From assembly GCA_958296065.1 (NCBI GenBank), contig CATQHX010000078.1:73045-137044 (forward strand): 64,000 nt of DNA, given 5' to 3'. The notes beneath the pieces were generated by a model, which was not told the origin of the DNA, did not search any database, and saw only the letters and a program-made list of their open reading frames with translations. This DNA is from Vicinamibacterales bacterium (GTDB lineage: Bacteria; Acidobacteriota; Vicinamibacteria; Vicinamibacterales; UBA8438). The translations under genes were made by a program, and so were the position numbers. Position 1 is the first letter of the stretch; each line of letters opens with the position of its first letter. This document shows, one piece after another, positions 12,046 through 21,369 of the stretch.

Positions 12046-13068
12046 CTACAGCAGCCGCGGGTGCCGCTCCGGGCCGGGAAGCCCGAAGTAGTCGTAGGCG
12101 CGGGCGGTCGCCACGCGCCCGCGCGGCGTCCGATCCAGAAACCCGGCCTGAATCAGGTACGGCTCGTAGATGTCCTCGATCGCGTCCTTTTCTTCGCTGA
12201 TGGCGGCCGCAAGGCTGTTGAGCCCCACCGGACCGCCCCCGAACTTGTCGATAATGGCATGGAGCAACCGCCGGTCCGCCTCGTCGAAGCCCTGCTCGTC
12301 CACCTCCAGCAGTTCGAGCGCCCTGCCGGCGACCTCGACGGTGATGGCCCCATCGGCCCGCACCTCGGCGTAGTCGCGCACCCGCCGCAGCAGCCGGTTG
12401 GCGACGCGCGGGGTCCCGCGCGAGCGGCGCGCGACCTCGCCTGTCGCCGCTGCATCTATCGGAACGCCGAGGATGCGGGCCGATCGGGTCACGATCTCCA
12501 CCAGGTCGCGCTCCGTATAGAAGTCGAGCCGGTGCACGATGCCGAACCGGGCGCGCAACGGAGACGTCAGCAGCCCGGCCCGGGTCGTGGCGCCGATCAA
12601 CGTGAAGTGTTGCAGGGGAACCTTGACGGAACGCGCGCTCGGACCCTGTCCGATCATGATGTCGAGCTCGTAATCCTCCATCGCCGGATAGAGGATCTCC
12701 TCGATCGCCGGGCTCATGCGGTGGATCTCGTCGATGAACAGCACTTCCCGCACCTGCAGGTTCGTCAGAATCGCCGCGAGATCTCCCGGCTTCTCCAGTA
12801 CGGGGCCGGCGGTGCTGCGCACCGGCACGCCGAGCTCGTTGCCGATGACGTGGGCCAGAGTCGTCTTGCCGAGCCCGGGCGGACCATAGAGCAGGACGTG
12901 GTCCAGCGCCTCGTCGCGCTTGCGCGTCGCGGTGATGGCGACGGTGAGGTTCTCGCGCACGCGGTCCTGGCCGATGTAATCGTCGAGGGCGCGGGGACGG
13001 AGCCCGGCCTCGTACTGGGCATCCTCCTCCACGCGGACCGTGCTGAGAACGTGCTCGGTAGTCACCAC
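12046..13068 (-). CDS. ruvB: Holliday junction helicase RuvB
   Basis: [34 protein letters not shown] motifs. Confidence 0.98.
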   Translation of the reverse strand: MVTTEHVLSTVRVEEDAQYEAGLRPRALDDYIGQDRVRENLTVAITATRKRDEALDHVLLYGPPGLGKTTLAHVIGNELGVPVRSTAGPVLEKPGDLAAILTNLQVREVLFIDEIHRMSPAIEEILYPAMEDYELDIMIGQGPSARSVKVPLQHFTLIGATTRAGLLTSPLRARFGIVHRLDFYTERDLVEIVTRSARILGVPIDAAATGEVARRSRGTPRVANRLLRRVRDYAEVRADGAITVEVAGRALELLEVDEQGFDEADRRLLHAIIDKFGGGPVGLNSLAAAISEEKDAIEDIYEPYLIQAGFLDRTPRGRVATARAYDYFGLPGPERHPRLL

Positions 13069-13129
13069 CGTCCGACCATTCTATGCGCCGGGTCGGGGCG
13101 CGGGCCGGAAGGCGGGCCCGGAAACCGGA

Positions 13130-13726
13130 TCACCCGGCCAGCTCCCGGAGCGCCTGTCGAAGCGTCCCCTCGAAATCGCTCGGCTTGCGCTTCAGCGCCG
13201 CGCTCACGGCGCGTTCGACGAGCGGTCGCTGGTAGCCGAGGTTGAGGAGAGCCGAGATGACGTCGCCTCGCAGGTTGCCCTCCCCGACCTCTGCCGCACC
13301 GCCGCTCTCGTCGGCCAACGCGGCGGCCGCGAGCTTGTCCTTCAGCTCCAGCGCGATTCGTTCGGCCGTCTTGCGCCCCACGCCCGGGATGCCCGTGAGC
13401 CGTGCGACGTCGGACGCGCGGACGGCCTCGACCAGCGCCGGCGGCTCCATGCCCGACAGAACCGCGAGGGCGAGGCGCGGGCCCACGCCGCTGATGCCGA
13501 TCAATCGCTCGAACAGGTCCAGCTCCAGGCGCGTCACGAACCCGAAGAGGGAGAGGGCATCTTCACGCACGTGGGTGTGGATGCGCAACGCCACCTCCGC
13601 TCCCCGCTCACCGACGGCATAGTAAGTGGAAAGCGGGACTTGGACCTCGTAGCCGACGCCCCCGACGTCAATGACAATCCGGCCTGGCTGCTTCTCCGCA
13701 AGGGTTCCACGGAGCGCTGCGATCAT
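13130..13726 (-). CDS. ruvA: Holliday junction protein RuvA
   Basis: MIAALRG, GVGYEV, VREDALSLFGF, HhH motifs GVGPR and GVGRKTAERI. Confidence 0.96.
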   Translation of the reverse strand: MIAALRGTLAEKQPGRIVIDVGGVGYEVQVPLSTYYAVGERGAEVALRIHTHVREDALSLFGFVTRLELDLFERLIGISGVGPRLALAVLSGMEPPALVEAVRASDVARLTGIPGVGRKTAERIALELKDKLAAAALADESGGAAEVGEGNLRGDVISALLNLGYQRPLVERAVSAALKRKPSDFEGTLRQALRELAG

Positions 13727-14292
13727 GGTTCCGACCGCCGGCCAGCGGTGTCCGGGGGACGGTAACGCCGCCAGGAGCGCGGCGCTCCGCGCGTTTCGAC
13801 GGGCTGCTCGCCGCTCGTGTCCGGCCGCATCGAGTGCGCGTGGCACACGGCCACCGCCAGTGCATCCGTCACGTCCAGGCGGGAGGGCGGCGGATCCAAT
13901 CCAAGCAGCAGGCTCACCATCTGCTGGACCTGTTGCTTCTCGGCACGACCATAGCCGACCACCGCCCGCTTCACCTCGGCCGGAGCGTACTCGAACACTT
14001 GCAGCCCGGCCTCGGCGGCAGCAAGCATGACGACACCACGCACGTGGCCCAGCTTCAGGGCACTGCGCGCGTTGCGCGCGTAGAAGAGATCCTCGATGGC
14101 GACCGCCTCGGGCCGGTGCTCGTCGAGCAGTGCGGTCAGGCCGTCGTGAATGATACGCAGCTTCTCGGGAAAGGCGCTCCGGCCCGGCGGGCTCAGCGCT
14201 CCGCAGGCGAGGATACGGTGACGGCCGGCCGACGCATCGATACAGCCGTATCCCGTGTGGGCGGAGCCGGGATCCACCCCGAATATCTTCAC
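13723..14292 (-). CDS. ruvC: Holliday junction resolvase RuvC
   Basis: GVDPG, AIED, GYGRAEK, DVTDALAVA motifs. Confidence 0.96.
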   Translation of the reverse strand: MKIFGVDPGSAHTGYGCIDASAGRHRILACGALSPPGRSAFPEKLRIIHDGLTALLDEHRPEAVAIEDLFYARNARSALKLGHVRGVVMLAAAEAGLQVFEYAPAEVKRAVVGYGRAEKQQVQQMVSLLLGLDPPPSRLDVTDALAVAVCHAHSMRPDTSGEQPVETRGAPRSWRRYRPPDTAGRRSEP

Positions 14293-15038
14293 GCCAGGGA
14301 GGCCTCAATCTCCTTGGCTTCGATGTCGAAGTTCGACCAGACGTGCTGAACGTCGTCCTGGTCCTCGAGCACGTCCATCAGCTTGATCATCTGTTGCGCG
14401 GCCTTGCCCTCCACCTTGACGAAGTTCTGCGGCAGCATCGCAATCTGGGCCGAGATCGGGGTTGCACCCGCGGCCGCGACCGCCTCCCGTACGGCTTCGA
14501 GGGCCTCCGGACTGCTGACGATCTCCCAATTGTCGCCATCCTCGCGGAAATCGTCGGCCCCGGCGTCGATCGCGGCCGTCATCAACGTCTCCTCGTCCAC
14601 GCTACCCTGCTCCACGACTATGTGGCCGTGCTTCTCGAACATCCACGCCACCGAGTTGGTGGTGCCGAGATTGCCGTTGTGCTTCGACAACAGGTGGCGG
14701 ATTTCGCCGACGGCGCGGTTCGTGTTGTCCGTCAGGCACTGGATGAGGAGCGCCGCGCCGCCCGGCCCGTAGGCCTCGTAGGTCACCTCTTCGTACGAGA
14801 CGCCCGGCTCCTCCCCGGTCCCGCGCCGGATGGCGCGCTTGATGTTCTCGGCCGGCATGTTGGCCGCCTTGGCGTCGGCGATGACGGTGCGCAGGCGGGG
14901 GTTCATCGTCGCATCGCCGCCGCCGTCGCGCGCGGCCACCGTCAGTTCCTTGATGATGCGGGTGAAGAGCTTGCCGCGCCGCGCGTCCGCCACGCCTTTC
15001 TTGTGCTTGATCGAAGCCCACTTGGAATGCCCAGACAT
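14289..15038 (-). CDS. yebC: YebC/PmpR family protein
   Basis: MSGHSKWASIKHKK, YEAYGPGG, TDNTNR motifs. Confidence 0.96.
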   Translation of the reverse strand: MSGHSKWASIKHKKGVADARRGKLFTRIIKELTVAARDGGGDATMNPRLRTVIADAKAANMPAENIKRAIRRGTGEEPGVSYEEVTYEAYGPGGAALLIQCLTDNTNRAVGEIRHLLSKHNGNLGTTNSVAWMFEKHGHIVVEQGSVDEETLMTAAIDAGADDFREDGDNWEIVSSPEALEAVREAVAAAGATPISAQIAMLPQNFVKVEGKAAQQMIKLMDVLEDQDDVQHVWSNFDIEAKEIEASLA

Positions 15039-15118
15039 GACCCCATTATCGCAAAACCCCCGGCCGCGGAAAACCTCTCGGGGGCCGTCCGACGGTTGCA
15101 GACACGCCGGACGGCAAG

Positions 15119-15904
15119 TCAGACTCGCCGGGCGATGATCACCCAGACCTCCGCGTCGGGCGACCACTCCGCGCCGGCGTAATCGCCCAGGACGGCATCG
15201 ATGCGGAAGCCTGCCTGCTCCAGGCGCGCCGCCACCTGCGGCACGCTGACGGTGCGGAACGCGAGCGAGAAGCGGTGTACGGTGCGGCGCCGGCCGCGCC
15301 ACTCCACGAACTCCTGATCGAAGACGGTCAGGCCGTGCTCGCGCACTTGCCGCACGGACTCGATCAGCGTGACGCGGCGTCCCCCGCTCATCGGCCCGCG
15401 CAACCCCACCCGCCGGTGGTACTCCTGCCAGCGCGGCAGCTCCGGGACCAGGTCGATGCCGAATCTCCCGCCGCGGGGCAGTACGCCGGCGACCGACTCC
15501 AGCATCCGCGCGAGATCCTCGTCCGAAAGCAGCGACTGCAACATGCCGTACGGCGCCATCACGAGCCGGCAGCGCCAACGGCGGCGAAACGGCAAGGCAC
15601 GGATGTCACCGCGCAGAATCGATGTCTTGCCGTCGAGGCGGGCGCGGCGGATGCGCACCCGCAGCCGGCGCAGCATCGGCGCCGACCGATCGATGCCGAC
15701 GAAGCGGCGCGCCGCTCTCGCCACCGGCACCGACAGGCGCCCGGTACCGCAACCCAGCTCCAGCACCGCACCGTCAGCGCGACGGGCCAGGTCCGTCCAG
15801 AACCGCACGTCGCGGCGCCCTATGGTGCGCCGGTTCTCCCAGTCGTAAAACGGGGCGTAGGCGTCCCAGCCCTGCCAGCCGGCGGCGCTGGTGTCCGAGG
15901 TCAT
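15119..15904 (-). CDS. Class I SAM-dependent methyltransferase
   Basis: VLELGCGTGR, GIDRSAPML, GDIR motifs. Confidence 0.85.
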   Translation of the reverse strand: MTSDTSAAGWQGWDAYAPFYDWENRRTIGRRDVRFWTDLARRADGAVLELGCGTGRLSVPVARAARRFVGIDRSAPMLRRLRVRIRRARLDGKTSILRGDIRALPFRRRWRCRLVMAPYGMLQSLLSDEDLARMLESVAGVLPRGGRFGIDLVPELPRWQEYHRRVGLRGPMSGGRRVTLIESVRQVREHGLTVFDQEFVEWRGRRRTVHRFSLAFRTVSVPQVAARLEQAGFRIDAVLGDYAGAEWSPDAEVWVIIARRV

Positions 15905-16030
15905 GCATCGTCAGGCGTCGTCCGGGCACCCGCCGTCGGGAGCCGAGACAGGAACGCGCCGGCTCGTAGTATAGAAGCAGCGCTCGGACCCTGGGTTCTC
16001 CGCGGAGCCCGCTACGGCGAGGAGAAGACG

Positions 16031-16300
16031 ATGGTGTTGCTGGTTCGCAATCGCGTACGGGACATCGACAGATGGAAGCGGGTCTTCGACCGCCAGGCGG
16101 CCGCGGGCGCCGCCGCCGGTCTGAGGGTCCTTCACGTATGGCGCGCGGTCGATGCGGAGGACGAGGTGTTCTTCCTGCTCGACGTCGAGGATCGGGCCCG
16201 GGCGGAGGCGTTCATGGCATCGCCGGAGTCGGCCGCGGTGGGGGTCGAGGCGGGCGCAATCGACGGGGAAGTCCACTTCCTCGACGAGTTTCCACCGTAG
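16031..16300 (+). CDS. Small dimeric alpha-beta-barrel (ABM/cyclase-like) protein
   Basis: AGGAG SD then MVLLVRNRVRDIDRWKRVFD...; 89 aa. Confidence 0.65.
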   Translation: MVLLVRNRVRDIDRWKRVFDRQAAAGAAAGLRVLHVWRAVDAEDEVFFLLDVEDRARAEAFMASPESAAVGVEAGAIDGEVHFLDEFPP

Positions 16301-16311
16301 TATAGGATTGC

Positions 16312-16863
16312 ATGTCGCTCGTACCCGTCTGGGCGCCGAACCTGCATCCGCTCGTCGTGCACTTTCCGATCGCCCTGCTCTTCGCGGCGGCGGCGGTCGA
16401 CGCGGCCAGCCTCCTGATGCAAGCGCACACGCCGGTGCGGGACGTCGCGACGTGGTTGTACATCGCGGGTGCGGCGACCGCCGTCGGCGCCTACTTCACC
16501 GGCTACACTGCCGCGCAGGCGGCGGGGCCGCCGGCCGAGTTCGCTGCGCTCGTCGCCCTGCACGCCGATCGGGCATTCGTCGCGACGTGGCTGTTCGCCT
16601 TCTTCGCTTCGCTGCGGCTCGCGATGTCGTACATCCTTCGTCCGCGGCGAGCGTTGCGGATCGGAGCATTCGCCGTCGCGCTGGTCGGACTCGGTGCGCT
16701 CGCGCAGACCGCGCTGCACGGCGCCCGGCTCGTCTTCGAACAGGGATTCGGGGTCCGGGCGGTCGCCGCCGGGCAGGCATCGACGGAAACCGTGGAGAAG
16801 GCGCCCGCCAGACGCATGGTGGGGCCGTCGGCGGCACGGCTTGAAAGAGAGGATCCGGAATGA
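16312..16863 (+). CDS. DUF2231 family membrane protein
   Basis: LHPLVVHFPIAL motif, about 4 TMs, GARLVF. Confidence 0.8.
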   Translation: MSLVPVWAPNLHPLVVHFPIALLFAAAAVDAASLLMQAHTPVRDVATWLYIAGAATAVGAYFTGYTAAQAAGPPAEFAALVALHADRAFVATWLFAFFASLRLAMSYILRPRRALRIGAFAVALVGLGALAQTALHGARLVFEQGFGVRAVAAGQASTETVEKAPARRMVGPSAARLEREDPE

Positions 16864-18971
16864 GGTCGCTGCTGATCATGTCGCTCGTCGCGCTGGCTGC
16901 AACCGGCGTGGCGTCCGCCCAGGAACAGACATCGGAGGGGCCGTGGCAGACCTACGGCACCGAGAACGGCGAATGGCGCAGCTACGCCGGCGACATCGCC
17001 GGCACCAAGTACTCGCCGCTCGACCAGATCGACGCCGGCAACTTCAGCGACCTGGAGATCGCGTGGGAGTGGACGTCAATCGACAACTTCGTCAGCCGGA
17101 CCACCCCCGGCGGCGGCGAGTGGTCGGCCCCGCTCGAGGTCATCGTCGACTCGCTGGTCGAGGAGACCCCGAACCTCTACCGCAGCAGCCAGCCGCCTAA
17201 TCCGTCGCGCCTGCAGGTGACGCCGCTGATGATCGACGGCGTGCTCTACTTCAACACGCCGCTGTCGCAGGGGGTCGCCGTGGACGCGACAACCGGTGAG
17301 ACGCTCTGGATCTTCAACCCGAAGGGCTACGAGGAAGGGACCCCGTCGATGAGCGGCCCCTGGACACAGCGCGGCGTGGCCTACTGGACAAACGGCGAAG
17401 GCGACGAGCGCATCTTCTGGGGCACCGGCAACGGCTACATGGTCTGCGTGAAGGCGAAGACCGGGCAGCCCTGCCCCGACTTCGGACCCGACGGGAGCGG
17501 CATGGTCGACGCAATGATCGGCATTCCGCGGGTGGAGCGCGAAGCGCGCGACTACCTGAACGCCCTGCTCTACTCCATCAACTCGCCGCCCATCGTCGTG
17601 CGCGACAAGGTGATCCACGGCTCGCAGATCGCCGACCGGCGCATCACCCGCGAAGCGCCTCCCGGCTGGGTCCGGGCCTGGGACGTCCGCACCGGCGCGC
17701 ACGCCTGGGACTTCCACACCGTGCCGAACAGCGCCGACGAGTTCGGCGTCGACACCTGGCTGAACGAATCGTGGCGCTACTCCGGAAACGCCAACGTCTG
17801 GTCGATGCTGGCCGGCGACAACGAGTTGGGCCACGTCTACCTGCCGACCGGCACCACCACGAACGACTACTACGGGGCCGACCGGCCGGGCGACAACCTG
17901 TTCTCGGAATCGATCATCGCCGTCGACGTGGAGACGGGCCAGCGAATGTGGCACTTCCAGGCGGTCCACCACGGGCTGTGGGACTACGACTTCCCGACGC
18001 ATCCGAACCTGGTCGACGTGGAGGTCGACGGCCGGCCCATCAAGGCGCTGGTGCAGGTGAGCAAGCAGGCCTTCGTCTACGCTTTCGACCGGGTTACCGG
18101 CGAGCCGATCTGGCCCATCGAGGAGCGGCCGGTGCCGCAGGCCACGAACATGCCGGGCGAGATCCCGTCTCCCACGCAGCCGTTTCCGACAAAGCCGGCC
18201 CCGTTCGACTACCAGGGGGTCACCATCGACGACCTGGTCGACTTCACGCCGGAGCTTCGGCAGATGGCGATAGAAGTCGTGAGCAACTACCAGATCGGGC
18301 CGCTGTTCACCCCGCCCGGCCGGGCCATCAACGGCGGCACGCAGGGCACGCTGATGCGTCCGCCCGACTTCGGCGCTGCCGGCTGGGCCGGCGCGGCGGT
18401 GGACCCCGAGACCGGGATGCTCTACGTCCCGTCACGCAATATCGCCGTCGCCATCCCGCTCTACACGCCCGACCCGGACCTCGGCGCCACGATGCTCTAC
18501 ACGCACGGCGCCCCGGAGGATCAGCGGCTGCGCCAGATCCGGCAGGGACAGTCCTACCAGGCGCGGATGCCGCAGGGCCTGCCGCTGCTCAAGCCGCCCT
18601 ACTCGCGGATCACCGCCATCGACATGAACACCGGCGAGCACGCCTGGATGGTGCCCCTCGGCAACGGCGACCGCATCCGCAACCACCCGCGGCTGCGCCA
18701 CCTGAACCTGCCGCCGCTCGGCGACGGCACCATCGGGGGGCCGCTGCTGACGAAGACCCTGCTCATCAGCACCGTGCCGACCGCCGGCAGCCAGGGCGGA
18801 CCCGGCCTCGTCGCCTGGGACAAGCAGACGGGCGAGATCCGCGGCGCGGTCGACCTGCCCGCGGGCACCATCGGCACGCCGATGACCTACCTGGTCGACG
18901 GCCGGCAGTACATCGCCGTCAGCATCGGCGGCGGCCCGCGGGTGGTGGCCTTCGCGCTGCCCGCGGATTGA
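16860..18971 (+). CDS. Secreted PQQ-dependent dehydrogenase (glucose/quinate type)
   Basis: Signal peptide; YSPLDQI, WHFQAVHHGLWDYD, PPYSRITAIDMNTG, PMTY..GRQYI motifs. Confidence 0.9.
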   Translation: MRSLLIMSLVALAATGVASAQEQTSEGPWQTYGTENGEWRSYAGDIAGTKYSPLDQIDAGNFSDLEIAWEWTSIDNFVSRTTPGGGEWSAPLEVIVDSLVEETPNLYRSSQPPNPSRLQVTPLMIDGVLYFNTPLSQGVAVDATTGETLWIFNPKGYEEGTPSMSGPWTQRGVAYWTNGEGDERIFWGTGNGYMVCVKAKTGQPCPDFGPDGSGMVDAMIGIPRVEREARDYLNALLYSINSPPIVVRDKVIHGSQIADRRITREAPPGWVRAWDVRTGAHAWDFHTVPNSADEFGVDTWLNESWRYSGNANVWSMLAGDNELGHVYLPTGTTTNDYYGADRPGDNLFSESIIAVDVETGQRMWHFQAVHHGLWDYDFPTHPNLVDVEVDGRPIKALVQVSKQAFVYAFDRVTGEPIWPIEERPVPQATNMPGEIPSPTQPFPTKPAPFDYQGVTIDDLVDFTPELRQMAIEVVSNYQIGPLFTPPGRAINGGTQGTLMRPPDFGAAGWAGAAVDPETGMLYVPSRNIAVAIPLYTPDPDLGATMLYTHGAPEDQRLRQIRQGQSYQARMPQGLPLLKPPYSRITAIDMNTGEHAWMVPLGNGDRIRNHPRLRHLNLPPLGDGTIGGPLLTKTLLISTVPTAGSQGGPGLVAWDKQTGEIRGAVDLPAGTIGTPMTYLVDGRQYIAVSIGGGPRVVAFALPAD

Positions 18972-18988
18972 GGGCGGACCCAGGCTCG

Positions 18989-20472
18989 ATGAATGTCACC
19001 AGGCTGCGCCTCGAGAACTTCAAGCGCTTCACCGACCTGACCATCGACCTGTCGTCGTGCGCCGGCGCGCCGAAGCTGGTGCTGCTGATCGGGGCGAACG
19101 GCAGCGGCAAGTCGTCCGTCTTCGACGCGTTCGAGTACCTGTCGGCACAGCACAAGGGCGACGCGGCGCCACCCTCGACGCGTTTCTCGGAGGCTTTCTC
19201 CGATGCGTTCTACAAGGGCGAGGCGTACGAGAAGTTCCTGAACTACCTCAAGAAGGACCCGGCCGCAGAGATGTCGGCGGCCTGCGCGTTCGGGGGAGGC
19301 TTCGAAGTCCGTCGGTCCAACGGCTCGAGCCCGACGACGTCACCGACCGAGTGGGACGTGAAGTCGGCGTTCTACGGACGGAGCTCGTTGCGAACGGTCC
19401 CCGAGCTTCGCGCCACGCCCCAATCCGTGGACGTGGGGACCGACCCCGACCGCCCGCGGCGGTTCATCGAGTTCGACACGCGTTTCGCTTCCAGAAAGGC
19501 CAGTCGAACGTCCACTACGACCTGCTCAGCAGCGGCGAGAAGGAGGTGTTCAACATCCTCCTCAACCTGTTCACTCGCCGCGAGCACTTCCCGAACGCCA
19601 TCTACTTCATCGACGAGCTCGACGTACATCTGCACACGCGGCTTCAGCACGCGCTGATCCGGGAAGTGGTCGAGCACTGGATTCCGGACTACTCGCAGCT
19701 CTGGGCGGCCAGCCACTCGCTCGGCTTCATCGAGTACGCCGGCGAGGCCGCGGATGCGGCCATCATCGACTTCGACGACCTCGACTTCGACCGCCCGCAG
19801 GTGCTGGCGCCGGCGACGAAATCCCCGGACATCTTCGACATCGCGGTGCCCAGAGACTCCGCGTTGAAGGTCTTCCCCAACCAGACGCTGGTCGTCTGCG
19901 AAAACCAGGACGCGCTGCTCTACAACGCGATCCAGCTCCCCGGCCTGTTGTTCGTCGGCGCCAGGGACAAGAACGCCGTCGGGCTGCAGATCAGGACGAA
20001 CGACGAGTTCCGCGGCCTGATGGACCGCGACTTCCTCGGTTCGGACGAAATCGAGGAATTGCGCCGCGAGCAGCCGCACCTCTTCGTGCTCGGGTACTAC
20101 TCCCTCGAGAGCTACGTCTACCATCCCCTGAACCTGGCGGAGGTGTCGCCGCCCGGATTCGACGAAACGGAATATCGGGGTTTGCTCCAGGCGCGCATGG
20201 TGGAAGCTCGTGACCGCCTGCTGATGAACCTGGAACGGAGCCGCAACGGCTACGAGGTTATCAAGACGCTTCCCAGGGAGACGAAGGCGCGTGCGATGGA
20301 GGAGATCGCGAAGGCGACGGCGTCCGACGATTTCGAGACCTTCTACTCGTTCCTCGACATGAAGAACCAGCGCCCCGGCGATTATCTCGGGGAGTTCAAC
20401 CTGCAGCGCCTCGATCTTGCACGAACCGCCTGGATGCGGGACGCGATCACCGCGGTCCTCGGCGCCGCGTAG
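18989..20472 (+). pseudogene. Frameshifted ABC-ATPase fused to a C-terminal TOPRIM-like domain
   Basis: 5' frame carries LENFKRF and GANGSGKS; a different frame from about 19485 carries LSSGEK, FIDELD, ASHS, then VCENQD and MDRD. Confidence 0.8.
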
Positions 20473-20481
20473 CGCGGAGAG

Positions 20482-20747
20482 AGAGTGCGCGCAGATCCTG
20501 CGCGGCAGCGCCAACGGCCGGACCGACTGGAAGGGCTACATCCTCCCGCTGCTGTTCTTCAAGCGGATCAGCGACGTCTGGGACGAAGGACGTCCGAGGC
20601 CCGAGAGACGTACGGCAACATCGATCTGGAGCTCTTTCCGGAATTGCACCGCTTCACGCTGCCGGACGGCCACTGGCGGGACGTGCGCGAGACGCCGGCC
20701 AACGTCGGCGCCGGCTCGTGCGATGCGCGCCATGGAACGTGCGAATT
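20482..20747 (+). pseudogene. hsdM: Relic of a type I restriction-modification M subunit N-terminus
   Basis: ILRGSA..RTDWKGYILPLLFFKRISDVWDE, then in other frames HWRDVRETPANVG and AMERAN; no start codon and no catalytic domain. Confidence 0.75.
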
Positions 20748-20781
20748 CGATCGTACGCACATCCGGCCGGCGCCGCCAATC

Positions 20782-21042
20782 TCACCGGCGCCGATAAACC
20801 TCCCGGCGATGTGCGACCCGTACGACGAGGACGACGAGGACCTCGTCGAGGACTTCGTAGACGATTCGATAGTCGCCGACACGAACCCGTCGCAGGCCGA
20901 GAAGCTCCCCCTTCAGGACGCTTCCCCTGAGTGGACGCGCTCGAAGGTCGTCGATCGCTGCAACGATTCGGCGGCGCTCAGCCTCCGGAATGCGGGCGAG
21001 CTCCCTGGCGGCGCTCCGCTTGATCCGAACCGAGTAGTTCAT
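20782..21042 (-). CDS. RelE/ParE-family toxin
   Basis: YSVRIKRSAAREL...LRRVRVGDYRIVYEV...VAHRREVY. Confidence 0.9.
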   Translation of the reverse strand: MNYSVRIKRSAARELARIPEAERRRIVAAIDDLRARPLRGSVLKGELLGLRRVRVGDYRIVYEVLDEVLVVLVVRVAHRREVYRRR

Positions 21043-21241
21043 CCCTGACTCTGTCCCAGTCCAGCACCGGGTCGGCGGGATCGCGCAGGCGCTCCAGCGC
21101 TACCGAGAGATCGTCGAAGTCCTCCAGGTAGCGCTCCACCGCCTGACGGACGATGTCTGCCCTGCTGCGGTGCAACGCCTTGGCGGCGACATCCAGCGCC
21201 TCCACAACGTCATCCGCCAGGCGTGCCGTGATCTGACTCAT
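20978..21241 (-). CDS. Ribbon-helix-helix (CopG/RelB-like) antitoxin
   Basis: ITARL...SRADIVRQAVERYLED; lies upstream of and overlaps the toxin. Confidence 0.85.
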   Translation of the reverse strand: MSQITARLADDVVEALDVAAKALHRSRADIVRQAVERYLEDFDDLSVALERLRDPADPVLDWDRVRDELLGSDQAERRQGARPHSGG

Positions 21242-21263
21242 TGCGGCCCCTTGAGTTCACACG

Positions 21264-21276
21264 ATGTCGTTGACAT
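21264..21276. promoter_or_regulatory. Inverted repeat, probable antitoxin operator
   Basis: ATGTC-GTT-GACAT next to a minus-strand CATAAT -10-like hexamer upstream of the antitoxin. Confidence 0.5.
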
Positions 21277-21369
21277 TATGATACTTCCATCAGCACCGCC
21301 TCGACGTTCCGTTGGTCGAACCGACTGCGTGTTTCCGGGCCCGCCGCATTGGTGCGAGCGTGTCCCTCA

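Noticed and set aside
19470-19500. Programmed ribosomal frameshift in the ATPase
   Set aside because: No slippery heptamer or clear stimulatory structure; a deletion or assembly error is more parsimonious.
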